NCBI GenBank assembly: GCA_964016885.1
Contig: OZ024750.1
Location: forward strand, 11,470,001 to 11,534,000
Reading direction: 5' to 3'
Origin: Eledone cirrhosa
Lineage: Eukaryota
DNA length: 64,000 nucleotides
Within the stretch, counting starts at the first letter, position 1, and every line of letters begins with the position of its first letter. Under the pieces are notes generated by a model. That model was not told where the DNA came from and ran no database searches. It saw nothing but the letters and a program-made list of their open reading frames with translations. A program made the position numbers and the translations under genes. Shown one piece after another: positions 52,701-64,000 of the stretch.

Positions 52701-54393
52701 TTGAGGTTTGTCTGCCATCCAACTGGATATTGATTGAGCCATCAACATCATCTAACTGGTTATCTTTACTTCCTAACTGGATGTTCTTATTACCATGTGC
52801 GTTATCAATCTGAACTGTCTTCATATTCAGTACGTTATCTAACTGGATGTCCTTTGAATTTGGTTCATTAACAATTTCATTTTCAGGCAACACTTTTTCA
52901 AAACACGAATCTATAAAACTACTTGCAGACTTTACATTGTCTTTTGTGAAACAATCAATTGATTTAGAATTCTTGAAATATTGAATGTATCTTTTATCAC
53001 TAACATCCATAATACAAGAGTGCTGATTAAGTTCGATTGAATCAGTAAATTCAATCTGACAAAACAAACATTTGAATGATTTTTTAACACTGGTAGAATT
53101 TGACAACATCCAAGTAGTACTGCCTGGTTGTGTTTTATTACATGTACCACAATATGGATGATCTTTAGACGAATCTTCACCATCTTTATTTTGATCATCA
53201 GAACTGAATATTCTCTGACAGTAGAAACATTGTGTTAATTTGTGTGAAAGTTCATCTAGTGTACATGTTGATTCATCTCTGAAATCAAGACAATATCCTG
53301 AGTTTTCAGTGAAATTAAGAGACTTTTCCGACAAATTTCCCATACCAGAGTTCACTTTCTTAGAAACATCCATAACTGATTGATCTTCTTCTGTTGAGCA
53401 AAAATTCCAGCCTTTCTCTTTAGATCTACCAGTCAACATGTTAGTTTTACTAGAACCTACAGTCTCCGGGTAGTCTATTTCAGACAATGTAAATGATTGT
53501 TGAATGTGAGGATCTTTATTAAAATCTACAATATCCATACAAGAACCAGCCTTGTAGGCATTAAAATTTTCTTGGAGATAATTTACCATTTCCATGCCTT
53601 CCTTGGAACCAGGCACTTTAGTGAGGAGATCATTTTCTTCTGAATACTGAAGACTAACATTAGTTTTCACTGCTGTATCTTGATAACAAGAAGATGAAAG
53701 TAATGAAACATCAGTGTTATTCTGGTTACTATCAACACCAAAAAGTGAAACTTGAGAATTCAATAAATTAGAATCTTCTGGAACATCAAAATCCAACTGT
53801 ATTTTGCAATCCCTTTTTTTCAAATTGCTCTCCACAAGAGCACTCTTCAAATTCGACGAATTGTCTTCTCGAACACTATCAGAGGAGGGATAACTTAATG
53901 AAGCTGACTCTTTCAATGTCTTATTTCTCTTCTCTTTTTTCTCGACAGAATTCTCAGCTGCTGATGAAGGCATCAATGTCGTAGAACTCCCAAACAGTAA
54001 ACGTGACGCAGTTTCGAAATGTTCCTCCATATGAGAACTATACTCAGAAAAAACAGTAAATGAGCTTTCACAATGTTGGCAAGTAAATGTTGTGTCCCCT
54101 AGATGACTTTTTAAGTGTTCCTTTAGATTAGATGATGCACTAAATGTCTTCTGACAAAATGTACATATATACGGTCTGTCTCCTGTGTGGAGACGTTTAT
54201 GACGAGTCAGATTGCTAGGATTAGCAAAAGCTTTTTCACAGATATAGCACTTAAACGGTCTTTCACCTGTATGTGTACGTGTATGTTTAATTAAGTTACC
54301 ATGAACATTAAATGTCTTGGTACAAAATGTGCATTTATACAATCGAGGAGAGTCTGTTTTAAAGAAAACGTTTTTCTTGGCAGAAGATGCCAT
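46780..54393 (-). CDS. Large multi-cluster C2H2 zinc-finger protein (2537 aa, about 27 fingers: 25 in 7 clusters plus 2 isolated)
   Basis: Uninterrupted 7.6-kb ORF with ATG in an AAAAATGG context, repeated CxxC..HxxxH fingers with TGEKP linkers, and long S/N/D/E-rich spacers. Confidence 0.95.
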   Translation of the reverse strand: MASSAKKNVFFKTDSPRLYKCTFCTKTFNVHGNLIKHTRTHTGERPFKCYICEKAFANPSNLTRHKRLHTGDRPYICTFCQKTFSASSNLKEHLKSHLGDTTFTCQHCESSFTVFSEYSSHMEEHFETASRLLFGSSTTLMPSSAAENSVEKKEKRNKTLKESASLSYPSSDSVREDNSSNLKSALVESNLKKRDCKIQLDFDVPEDSNLLNSQVSLFGVDSNQNNTDVSLLSSSCYQDTAVKTNVSLQYSEENDLLTKVPGSKEGMEMVNYLQENFNAYKAGSCMDIVDFNKDPHIQQSFTLSEIDYPETVGSSKTNMLTGRSKEKGWNFCSTEEDQSVMDVSKKVNSGMGNLSEKSLNFTENSGYCLDFRDESTCTLDELSHKLTQCFYCQRIFSSDDQNKDGEDSSKDHPYCGTCNKTQPGSTTWMLSNSTSVKKSFKCLFCQIEFTDSIELNQHSCIMDVSDKRYIQYFKNSKSIDCFTKDNVKSASSFIDSCFEKVLPENEIVNEPNSKDIQLDNVLNMKTVQIDNAHGNKNIQLGSKDNQLDDVDGSINIQLDGRQTSILDSFRDVQHLNALCESNKQIESSMKALSAAESFDCLSKRVNMLEEKRDSAARKQLKGTADSSKSNEDCDKDSDDVIIVNVMLQTLSNNEKIKNADNGYTFDRVQSPAQILNYNNIPSLKSLKNLNHHVQIHNGENDLSNFSSTLVSGKKQETLNKKNRLNTTASSMKNDSTKHDKKSKTQSASYPKIHKCRYCDKVFTVHGNLIKHIRIHTGEKPFQCALCTAAFANPSNLTRHVRIHTGEKPYKCTYCDRSFRDSSSLMSHHQTHLKYPLKNFSRNMKLPKNASVKPSVKMNPKQSKNVDKTVEKSLSSTKVNFDSNNVKLRWPQGLSLMEDNGLSNKSKKNQLEAVDLDFLSDTETNPRNDVVSSLDSTSKLIPNPRNKIPHDIYKSNSSSITTTTTSITTTTATTNGKEHGEDGESQRPGVLGTLSNDFPSVLIECNSENPGNLKDGNEENSSASKTEDILEQSDYNDSAKITNSTEKKKCLRAPNTSLILKDADVDDEKIVKSKGRRLHTCIYCSKSFTVHSNLIKHIRIHTGEKPFKCQLCDKAFANPSNMTRHLRVHTIEPSYKCTACPRTFRAPNNLKVHMSLHTQSATAQKVCFFCQAVYARKKELVNHLKIHATMENTDFSNDFNSDSNECQNLSLTSPTTSNHLGVQLPFNKQEFMQKTQSFCTPSHDNVVEVSNVDLTTNSLDLDTLNLKNISSSKSRSKLTGLSVKLHDPDALEVVNPMVKKGISEGFPQSSEFCEFPENLNSSETGNGHFLSQSPRSGLTIMDSNDDSKASYSDVCVENVEDDQSKIYNENPIKQSNSEQVILIDEKFSKDDFLTLPYGNSHIEVENGSVNCNLPYKNKEMNTNIESLSSENIYNSSDFDLKSMKRKPTKRKTHRKQHSCKFCGRGFPSRCNLIKHIRTHTGEKPFRCKCCRASFANPSNLTRHVRTHTGEKPYTCPHCPKSFRASSTLKHHIYTHAKCNSYKCRYCSKVYSIFSKFKLHLLTHTKSSAKSKYTVELHSTPQDFLPPVSKSLDKPSGILAEDASDNSESSHYINKYLFDEELQVSEASFVKNEDMLGFKNSKETVFSEVETNAEHSDLSKNSLDHYSFFSENAISHVGRRTGTKKQASKTKSNNIELVEAVNQSSYWSQLPIETSAPRKRKAVHKCNYCEKSFTVSSNLRKHVRTHTGEKPFTCRFCSRPFANPSNLIRHERIHTGEKPYICNFCPQHFAASSSLKEHLKKHTAVSGNKDSILLSDINSSNSYRIKQGSARLVRKNDLLHDKTIEVSAKIKYEHNSSEVEQDMEDNCLNEMRHTLKSTESSSANTLEEKNGGSALSSSTAAGNKMLTIKSIKQERCIDDDLNEEIIDGDISSISLASYQGLKDAEKNIKFEEQESHDVPGTAGIRSQLLVGIPDKDSKNLSVNDNGDISNSDCTITSLEAYSDGSPGNFHNNSNKNHKNSVHLKKSSSQKSSSSEELYICKFGCKTFGTYKELISHLESHCEMKETEGDFSGGEKMAHSNSLQENIESSKSEDKVLKLFLCEYGCGTYFTINELEQHSLEFHNKPATKQIKENRFRSESRSSNGSFSKLQSPHKCPYCTKLFTLRSQLTKHIRTHTGENPHTCHYCGAGFANPSNLTRHIRTHTGEKPYNCPTCKKAFGSSSNMKEHMKIHSKLSLYNCKFCCQKFSLFQSFQQHMKCHSNVNELTEDDDNGADNNDDDNDDDDDDDDDNDGDDDDDEVGGGDDVEKQQHPNTQTVIYVEELDNINEQLADDSAAVASNILNLEQQKECTKGNYQVPTAENVNLQSKDLCYFEDIEELEHIDSPIYTHKTPNSSWHRKMSNKSEDHIINLVDFSLSDYAGGSNESSVPSKNQSPQEKKCARNSLPKRTRIAKQRFLSPYVCKYCQKLFSTRSDLIKHVRTHTGEKPFKCHLCEAAFANPSNLTRHVRTHTGEKPYLCLHCSKTFRASSNLKVHLRSHSS

Positions 54394-55689
54394 TTTTATA
54401 CACTATTTCATTCACAGAAAACAATTTAAATTATAAGGAAAACCATCGCATTCCAAACTATACTTTGGAGAAGAAGTCTTAAATAAATAAATAGAATTTC
54501 TTCAGCAAGTTGTTTTGAGTATTTCATACAAATAACTCTTAGACTTTTGTTGATATATCAATAAATAAATAAATATAGATTACATAAAAATTGGTTCTGT
54601 AGATATTAAAAATGGTCAATAAATAAATAAATAGATTATGTTGTTTCAGTTTGTTTTGTTTTTTTGTTTGTTTTTTTACTTTGTTTTACTTTTTTTTGTG
54701 CTGCTAGTTGATGGACCAATTGTCAAAAAGGGAGACCAAAAGAGATTTGCTCCAATTATAGAGAGATCTCCTTGTTAAGCCTCCCCCGGTAAAGTCTATG
54801 CTAAACCTGACAGATATAATGTTAAAATACTAAGGTGGATATGTTGCCAGCAACAATCTCAATATTTTCAGTTGAGAAATGATGAGTGGCTAAGAAGAAG
54901 AGACTTATGTGACCATTGTAACTCCATGGGAACTATAGATACTACACATGTACACATATAATATACACTTATATTTTCAGGACTTCAGAGAGTAACTGAT
55001 TCCTTAAAAAAGTCTCCAAACATGAGGTGACACAAACCAACAAAGTAACCAGCATGGAAATCTGGAAAAAAATAAAAAAAATATTTTGGTAAACAAGTTA
55101 ACCTTTCTTTTAAACAGTTCAAACAATTCTTTCTAAACATTTTTAGATAACTTCAAATCATCTGCTTGTTTTAGTCATTTAATATATTCAAATGTTGGAC
55201 ATCTCTAAAGCTATCCAAATTTGAGGTTTGTCGGCCATCCATGCATTCTTCAAGCCCTCAGTACTATCTAGGTGATTATCTTTACAGTTTTAAATCAATG
55301 CTTATATATATATATATATATATAATAGGTTGGACACCTCAAGTTCTTCTTCACCCATTTATTGCTGAGAGGGTCATGGGGACAGAGTCTTCAAATACTC
55401 CCTCCAGCGGGTCCTGTCAGAAGCAACCATCTCTAACTGATCTGGATGGATCCCCAAGCGAGACCATCCAAGCTCGTGGATGGTATCCAACCATTTTGCT
55501 CGGGGTCTACTCCTGGGTCTCCTGCCAGTTGGTTTTGCCAATAAAATCTGTCCAGCGACTCATTCCTGAGACATTCTAACCACATGTCTATAGCACTGGA
55601 GCTTTGATCACTCAATTCTGTTTTTCAAATTTTTACTGACTTTACCATCTTTTAACATTAGGAAAATTTTACAAGTCAAAATAATTGCC

Positions 55690-56505
55690 ATCATTTGCAA
55701 TTACCATCTGCCATTATTTAGGATGGCACATGATTCCATCCCTGTAGAATTCTTCTGGCTTCAATGCAAAGAATTCTGTCAACTACTAACTTAACTGGTC
55801 TTCGTTGTTGACGGTCTTTGACTGCATTGCATTGCTGGTTGAGAGAAAAAGGTGATAGTCTGTAGGTGTGAGGTCAGGTGAATACTGTGGGTGGGGCAGA
55901 ACCTCCCAATCTAGCTCCAATAGCTTCTCAAGGGTCATCTTGAAGGAATCAAACAGGACCATGGTGTGGACACACCTGTGCAATGTTTGCCACCAATCTG
56001 TCAAGTTGCTGGCAATAGATGTCAGAGGTCATGCTGGTGTTCAATGGAAGCAGCTCAAAATGGACAACACCTTTCCAGCTCAACAAGGCACTCAGTAGGG
56101 CCTTGAGGGTGAAGGCCAGTCTTTGCTTGCCATTGTGATGCACCCTCTTAACCCATGAGTGTTTGCACTTGACAATGTAGAGATACCATTTTTCATCACC
56201 AGTGACAGTGGGACATGACCATGTGGTTGTGCAGGAGAGCAGAAGAGTCACTACTACCTCCCAACATTCACGATTATGGTCAGTCAGATTGTGGGACATC
56301 TATTTGTCTAGCTTGGACACCTTCCCTAATTGCATGAAAGTGATTGAGGATGGTTGTTTTTGATGCCCCAACCACTTCAGAGAGTTGATGTGATGTCTGG
56401 TATGGGTCGGCTTCCAACAGCTCATACAGTTACACGTCATTGAAGTTGGATGAATGTCCTGACCAAGGGCGATCTTCAAGGTGTTCTTCAAGTCACCAGA
56501 ATGGA
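55690..56505 (-). mobile_element. Mariner (DD34D) transposase pseudogene
   Basis: Fragments TVTGDEKWYLY, WKGVVHFELLP..DIYCQQLDRL and LDWEVLPHPQYSPDLTPTDYHLF across frameshifts. Confidence 0.9.
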
Positions 56506-57929
56506 AGCAACATGAAATGAAGTGTTTTGCTCAAGAACACTACATACAATCCAGTCCAGGAATCAAACCCACGACATTATGATCGTAAGTCCAACACACT
56601 TACCACTAGGCCACGTGCTTCAATAGTAGTAATAACAATTATTTAATTCAGGTTTCTTTAAATATAATTAAGAATTATAGGGTAAAATTATAAAGAGAAA
56701 CACTGCAAACATGGGGGTACCAACCAACTCATTTACCCCAGTGAACCAACTTTTGACTGGCCTATATATATATTATATATAATCTGCCATCCAAACCACC
56801 TTGAAACAGCAATACTGAGAATGAGAAAAGTGAGAAATAAAAACCTACACAGAATCCTATTGATACTACCAAAAGGGGCTAATAACATAAAGACTCGGCA
56901 ACCCACAAAAAACCTCCCGAGAGACCCCAAACTGTATGAGCTAAACATTATGACAAGCTTCTATTTCTGACCTATATTTGAATATAGAGAAGAAAAGGGG
57001 GTGGGTAGCAGTACATTTTGGGGAGCCATGGTTTCTAACTTCTTCACTTGTTTAACTGGACTGTTTGGTGGTGGTGGTGGTGTTGTTGATATTCATGTTA
57101 TATAATTTTATTGGGACGAGGGCCGGGTGATTTATCATTGTTGTTGTTGCTGTTTTAATTAATTGTATTACATTGAAAGAAAAAGGATTTGTTTCTTAAT
57201 CTTGGAATGAAATACTTTATAATTTGTTAATTTTTTTTTTCCTTTTTTCAATTATTCAATTTTTCAGGGTATTTAAGATGAAGGGAGGTGTGAGAGGAGA
57301 CAAAGAAAGCGTTAACTTAAAGAGTTTAAAGGGTCCTGAGAAAATAAAAGTGAAATAGTAATAATAGACATATATATCTGTGAGAAAGAAAATGAAAAAA
57401 AAAATTAAAATTGAAAAACCAAAAAAAAAATTGGAAAAAAATAGTTGCCAGAAAAAAAAAAAAAGAAAAAAAACACAAATGAAAGGAAATGATGAAATGA
57501 AAACCTACAAAACAGAAGAAAAAATAATTATGAAATATAACAATTAATATTATAATAAATTGGTAAGGAATGAGAGTTCTTTGGTTTGTTGTTGTTCATT
57601 AGTGTTTGGATGGTGACCAGGAGATTTTTTTCAATGATAGGGATGTACTCCAGACATGTAAAACGATTATGATAAATATCTTTAACAATCTTGTTAAACT
57701 GATTATTATTATTTTGTTGTTGTTGTTTTAATTGCTAAGGAAATGAAAAAAACAAAAAGAAACACCACAAAAATGTGGGTATCAAATTTTTAATGTAAGA
57801 AAGAAAGATGGAAATATAGAAATCTAGAGCAGAAGAAAGTATAGTTTTAATGTTTTGTAGATGTTTTTAACAAGAAGGGAGGAGTTCATTATTTGTGAGA
57901 AAAAGGATTTCAACTCTGAGAACTGCAAG

Positions 57930-59100
57930 CACCAACATCACAACTACCATTATGACCAACATCACAACCACCAACACAACCACAACTACTACCACCAGCA
58001 TCACAACTACCATCATCACAACCACAACTTACTATCACCACCAACATCACCACTACCATCATCACAACCACAACTACTATCACCACCAACATCACAACTA
58101 CCATCACCAATATTACAACCACCAACACAACCACAACTACTACCACCACCAACATCACAACTACCATCACCAATATTACAACCACCAACACAACCACAAC
58201 TACTACCACCAACATCACAACCACAACTACTACCACCACCAACATCACAACTACCATCATCACCAACATCACAACCACCAACACAACCATAACTACTACC
58301 ACCAACATCACAACTACTATCACTACTAACATCACAACCACAACTACTACCACCAACATCACAACTACTATCACTAACATCACAACTACCATCATCACCA
58401 ACATCACAACTACCATCATCACCAACATCACAACCACCAACACAACCATAACTACTACCACCAACATCACAACTACAATCACTACTAACATCACAACTAC
58501 CATCATCACCAACATCACAACTACCATCATCACCAACTACCATCATCACCAACTACCATCATCACCAACATCACAACTACCATCATCACCAACATCACAA
58601 CTACCATCATCACCAACATCACAACCACCAACACAATCACAACTACTACCACCAACATCACAATTACTATCACTACTAACATCACAACTACCATCATCAC
58701 CAACATCACAACTACCATCATCACCAACATCACAACTACCATTATCACCAACATCACAACCACCAACACAACCATAACTACTACCACCAGCATCACAACT
58801 ACTACCACCAACATCACAACTACTATCACTACTAACATCACAACTACCATCACCACCAACACAACCACCACCACAACTCCAATAACCACAACCACTAAAA
58901 CCAACAACTCCACCACCAACACAACCACCATCACAACTACCATCATCACCAACATCACAATGACCACCATCACTACTAACATCACAACTACCATCACCAC
59001 TAACACAACCACCATCCAATAACCACAACCACTAAAACCAACACAACCACAACACCACCAACAACAACAGCTAACAACTCCAACACCATCACCACCACCA
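57930..59100. repeat. ACC/AAC-rich degenerate minisatellite
   Basis: caccaacatcacaactaccatcat-type units. Confidence 0.9.
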
Positions 59101-59414
59101 TAATTATCATCTACTGGTGCAACAATTACTTCAGATGTTTAAAACACAAAACACAAATAACTTATAACATAATTTACATCTTTTTGCATGATATCATGGC
59201 CATCTTTCGAAACATGAAGTTTTAATTTGCTGAATGATATATTACTGGTATCAGAATTATGAGGGTTGTGAACTGGCAAAAATGGTTCAGTACTGATCAA
59301 AATATCTTAAATAATGGTTTCTGATTTGGGCACAAGGCCAAAAATTTTGGGGGAGAGGAAAGTTGACTAAATCGACCCTAGTATGTTAGTGGTACTTTAA
59401 CAACTATATTTTCC

Positions 59415-59885
59415 ATGTTTGTGAGAAGACTGCGCTGGTACAGACATGTGATGTGTATGGATGGGTAAAGAAGTGCCAAGTGATGATAAGAGGAAGGAAG
59501 CTGAGGAAGAAGACTGAGGAAGACAAGTGATTCAAGAGAAAGGAACCTTTGGAAAGAAGATGTGAAAGATGATATATCAGAGGATTGAACCTCATAAATG
59601 AAATGACAAATGACTGCAATTAGTGATGAAGTTCTAAACTAGAAAAGAGTTGTCTAACTCATGCAAGCATGGACGTGTAAAAAAACACGGCAAAAAGCAC
59701 CCAGCACACACTGTCAATGTGGTTGGTGTTAGGAAGGGCATCCAGCCGTAGAAAACCAGCCAGAAACTCTCCTATATGAGTGAGACACGGTCATCCGACC
59801 CAACTTGCCTCCCATTGGGACAAATCCATCTAACCCATGCTAGCGTGGAAGATAGACATTAATCGACGATGATGATGATGATGCT
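59415..59885 (+). mobile_element. RTE 3' remnant followed by a retroposon tail ending in (GAT)n
   Basis: RRLRWYRHVMCMDG motif. The ggttggtgttaggaagggcatccagccgtagaaa segment also appears reversed near 200-250. Confidence 0.55.
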
Positions 59886-62800
59886 GCATGAGGGATTATT
59901 TCACAATACATAACTACAATTATACAGAGAGAGCTATTACAGCTTTCTCCTATATGTCTGATTATATTGAAAGAATATACAGTATATTTAACTTCTACAC
60001 AAGCTACTTTTTCTATTATTCCATTAGGTGTTCTATCAAGCCAATAGGCTGAGGCCATGCTGGGGAACTGAAGTCACCATTGTAAATTTCTTTTTCCTTT
60101 CACATACTCTTGGGTCTCAAATAATTGTTGTTGAAAAATCAATTGAGACAACCTAGAAAAATTATCAATTTTCCAAACCCCACCACTTATTCCCACCTCT
60201 ACCTCTCCTATTACTTGGAACCCAAGAGTATAACAAAATATTCTTGTACATTCAATTATTCCTGATAAATAATTCAGTATCCACAGAACCTAGTACTATT
60301 ATTTTGAAGAACATATAAATATATTTCTCACATAAATAAACTGTTGATGCCTTTACCAAAATGTGTCATTCCAGTTGTCCCAATTACTGATGAGGTGAGA
60401 GATTTTTGAGATGCCATAAGGTTCACAATTCAACATATAAGTCTATGGAATTCCTTTCCTTTTCAATTTGCTTCTTCAAATAAACATAGATGCAACTTAA
60501 AACGAAGAGATCTTAAAGTAAAGCTAGCAAAGACAAACATTTTAGTTTACAGGAATGAAAAGATTTCTACTGTCTTCTGGAATGTAGCCATGCTCAGTAT
60601 ATAGAGAAAATGGCTGGAACTCTATATTATGTACCATATATAAACTACGGTGGCACAAGAGGCAATATTTTATGACTGTATGTCCTTCTGGGTACCCACC
60701 CTTTTAGTCACCATATGCAACATACAGTGATGCATGCATACATGGTCCTGTGATTCCAGGCATGGGTTCGACGGGTTGTTACAGTCCTTCCCCAGAAAAG
60801 TCAGGCGGACCTCATCTTGCTCATATATTCCATATTTCACATGGATTCTACAACTTGAGGCCATTCTTAATGCCAACCAACCATCTTACAGAGTGTACCA
60901 GCTGCATTTTATCATGGCTTCGGCACTACCACTTTACAGAGTAGACTATACATTTTATTATGTTATAGGATGTATTGAATGCATTTTATCATAGCACCTA
61001 ATCTAGAGAAGTTGCCACATGCTTGATGGCTGGTCCCTCAGTTGGGTCTACTTTGAGTAAACTCACTCTCTCAAGCATTCTTCTCATTCAACAGTCTCTC
61101 ATAGTAGCACTTTCAGGCATTTTTCTCTTTGCCATCAGTAAGGGTAAGTGAACTGCTGTCATTCTAAACACACTTCTCTCCCACATCTAGGTTCTCCATG
61201 GTACAGTCTTGTATTCTGGAACACCTCCTGCCTCTGATCCTCACATTGCAGAACATTAGCAAACCGCTTGCTACATAAACCTGATGTCAAGCTCGACACG
61301 ACCACTTTACAGTGTGGGCTGTGTGCGTTTTAGCATGTCAATGATATCTGTGATTATTTGGTGGTGACCAAAACAGAAGCAGGCACTTATCTCTAGTGGT
61401 GTACAGCCCTACATAGTATTTGGAACCAGTGAAGTCAGCAACGTTGCTACTATTCATAGATCTATGAGTACAAAACTAAATTTGTTTTCATATCAAAGGG
61501 GACACAACAATTGTTGAGATGGGGTACGGTATACAAAATGTTGAGAACCACTGCTATAGAACAAATTACAAGGAGTTAACAAGAGGGGGTGGATCTCTGA
61601 ACTTGCTTGACCTGATAGAAATCGAAACTAAATCTCCCTCATATTCTACCCTAACTAGCTTAAAAAAAAAAGAAAAAACGGACATATTGGATAATGTAGA
61701 CACACCAAGTCTGAACAAAAAGTAAGATGGTCACAGTTGGAATATCTTTGATTATAGAGGTCCAATCAATCAGAGCTGGTCTGGGATTAATTAACAAGCT
61801 ACATAGAACACAAAATACTGCCCTTCACATCAAAATAGACTCCACCCCTAAATCATGGGAGATTATAAACGTGGCTTTAGTTAAATCTGTAAACAGACTG
61901 GCAGAGAAGTAAACTTCAGATATTTATTTGAAATTGTATTGGACCCTAAATTAAGATATCAACGGTAAGTTGTTGCTGTTGGCAAGTCATAATTTTGAAA
62001 ACAAAATCAATCTTTATTTGTTTATTCTAACTATTTTGAATAGAGTATAACGATGTTTAGCACCGATTTACAAAGATATTCAAACCATGATCATACCCTC
62101 TTTTGTGTACATCTAGAGTTACATTTTTCAATATGATGTTTCTATTTTTTTAAGACTTGGGGATTTAAGGAGGGCTTGGCTGCTATGTCTAGCAAGTCGG
62201 AAGATCACGTAGAGGCACCCCTTTTATTTGTTTATAATGTTGCAGCTGTCACATATGTCATTTCAAAACATTTAGTAAATAATCACGGTTACGATTTCCC
62301 ATATTGAAATTAAATTGAATTTAAAATGTGAGAAAAAATAAACCTTATAAAAGCTTTAGGATTTCTCTTTAAGTAATTTTGTAATAAACCTAAATCTCTT
62401 ATGTTTTTTCAATGAGTTTATAGGAAGAAGGGAAAAAAGCAATTTTGATCGTAGATTCAAATAAAAGAGATATATACTATACCAGATGGGACAATTACAT
62501 TTCCACATTGCTGAAATAAATTTATAACTCAGGTGTTTTCTTTTGTCTTATCTATAATTTTATATTTGATTTTTAATTTTCTTTTTCTTTTTTTCCAATA
62601 TTGCTATTTCTATCTACAGAAGAAAAGTTGTTGAGTAAATATAAAGATATAAAATAATAATAGAAACCGGGTATAAAGTACATTGGTATCATTTATTTGT
62701 CCCTATACTAGAAAAGGATCTGAAAAGGAAATAAGGCATAGCTCCTCTTTCTCAGACGAAATTGTAAAATTTAAATAAACAAACATATGATATATAAACA

Positions 62801-64000
62801 TATGTAAACCTTTAAAACTTGTCGAATATGGATATTCTGGTAAATATAATACAAAATATAGTTGAAATAAAATTAATATGGTTAATTATGGATAGAAACT
62901 AAAATAAAAGGTTCACAAAACGTAGAAAAAGGTTAATAAAGAGATATTAGTTGACCGGAATATACATATGTATGAGGTAGTACATACATTTTTGTTAGAG
63001 AATTCCTTATATATACACATATTAGAAATATAAATAAAATAATATTTAAACTTACCAATCATTGTGGAGATATATTCACCAAATTTTGGCAATAAGTAGT
63101 TAGATAATGTCTAGTTTTCGGTAAAAAAAAATGTTAAAATATGTATGTTTACAACACTCCAGAAAGACTACAATGCTTATTTCCGTTTTATCCGGTGAAA
63201 GATGAAAATGTCCCGATAGTAAAATCCTTCCATGTGGTTCTCCTGTTTTGTTTGAAGTTTTGCAGTTATGTTGTTTATTTCTATAGCTCCATAAAGATTT
63301 AGGAAGATATATTAACATTACTAACATAATGAACAAATAGTTATATATATTTGAATTATTCAGTTCGTGTAAATTTTAAGTATCTAAAGAACTAGATATG
63401 ATATTGTCCCTATCAGATAAGATAAACGGACTACCCTTGGTTTTGACGAAGTTTTACACTAGTTTGCTCAACGGAACGGCTTATTCATTGGAATGGAGCA
63501 AAAATGGCTGAATATTCGATGTGTTGGCTCTTTAAATTACAGGTATATCCCTCCAAACAGTTTTACTCACAAGGCTTAGGTAGACTCGAAGCAGTGGGTC
63601 CTATTACTTTGAGCTGAAGCTTCGAAAATCCGTTTTTGTGTATTTTTCGATGTTTTTTTTTAAATTCATTTCGCTCAGCTACTGTGCAGTGTTTTTCATT
63701 TTTTTTAAATAGACTCATAAAGCGTCAAGGAAACATATTGAAACTTAAATATGTGATTTAACGATGGCTGAATCAATTATTCAATATTCCACAACTTATA
63801 AAGATGTGTTGTATCAAGTACCTTTGCCTGGGAGACAGCACAACGCCAAGGATAAGGTTCATCAACAGTACTTAACTGACTCAACCAGCGGATACACTAA
63901 GCCCGTCATAAGGCTTTAATGGTTGACGGATTTTGGAACAATCTGGCAGAGCACTAATTCAGGATAAACAACACCGTCAATCTTTTTCTTAATTTGAAGG

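Noticed and set aside
47064-53198. Short ORFs overlapping the zinc-finger gene
   Set aside because: Antisense or alternate-frame shadows of the long ORF with no independent motifs.

Overview
AT-rich, microsatellite-dense animal genomic DNA, most consistent with an octopus/cephalopod genome (inferred from the repeat content and gene types). Two convergent genes are present. On + are the last three coding exons (TM5 to C-terminus) of a tachykinin-type GPCR at 596-746, 7547-7743 and 24555-24807. On - is an uninterrupted 2537-aa C2H2 zinc-finger ORF (46780-54393) built from seven copies of one three-finger module. The rest is tRNA-derived SINEs, RTE LINE and mariner remnants, piggyBac- and hAT-type MITEs, and mini/microsatellites. 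The main hidden signal is about a dozen type I hammerhead-ribozyme (HHR) motifs from at least six unrelated sequence families. They sit in short elements inside (TA)n arrays, often as (TA)n-inverted arm-sense arm-tail-(TA)n fold-backs, and one lies next to a Penelope-like GIY-YIG endonuclease fragment. They include non-canonical cores (a compensatory U3-A8 variant and a CAGAAGA variant), and several inversion junctions fall on the ribozyme's own helices. All folds were assigned by eye; none was tested computationally or experimentally.
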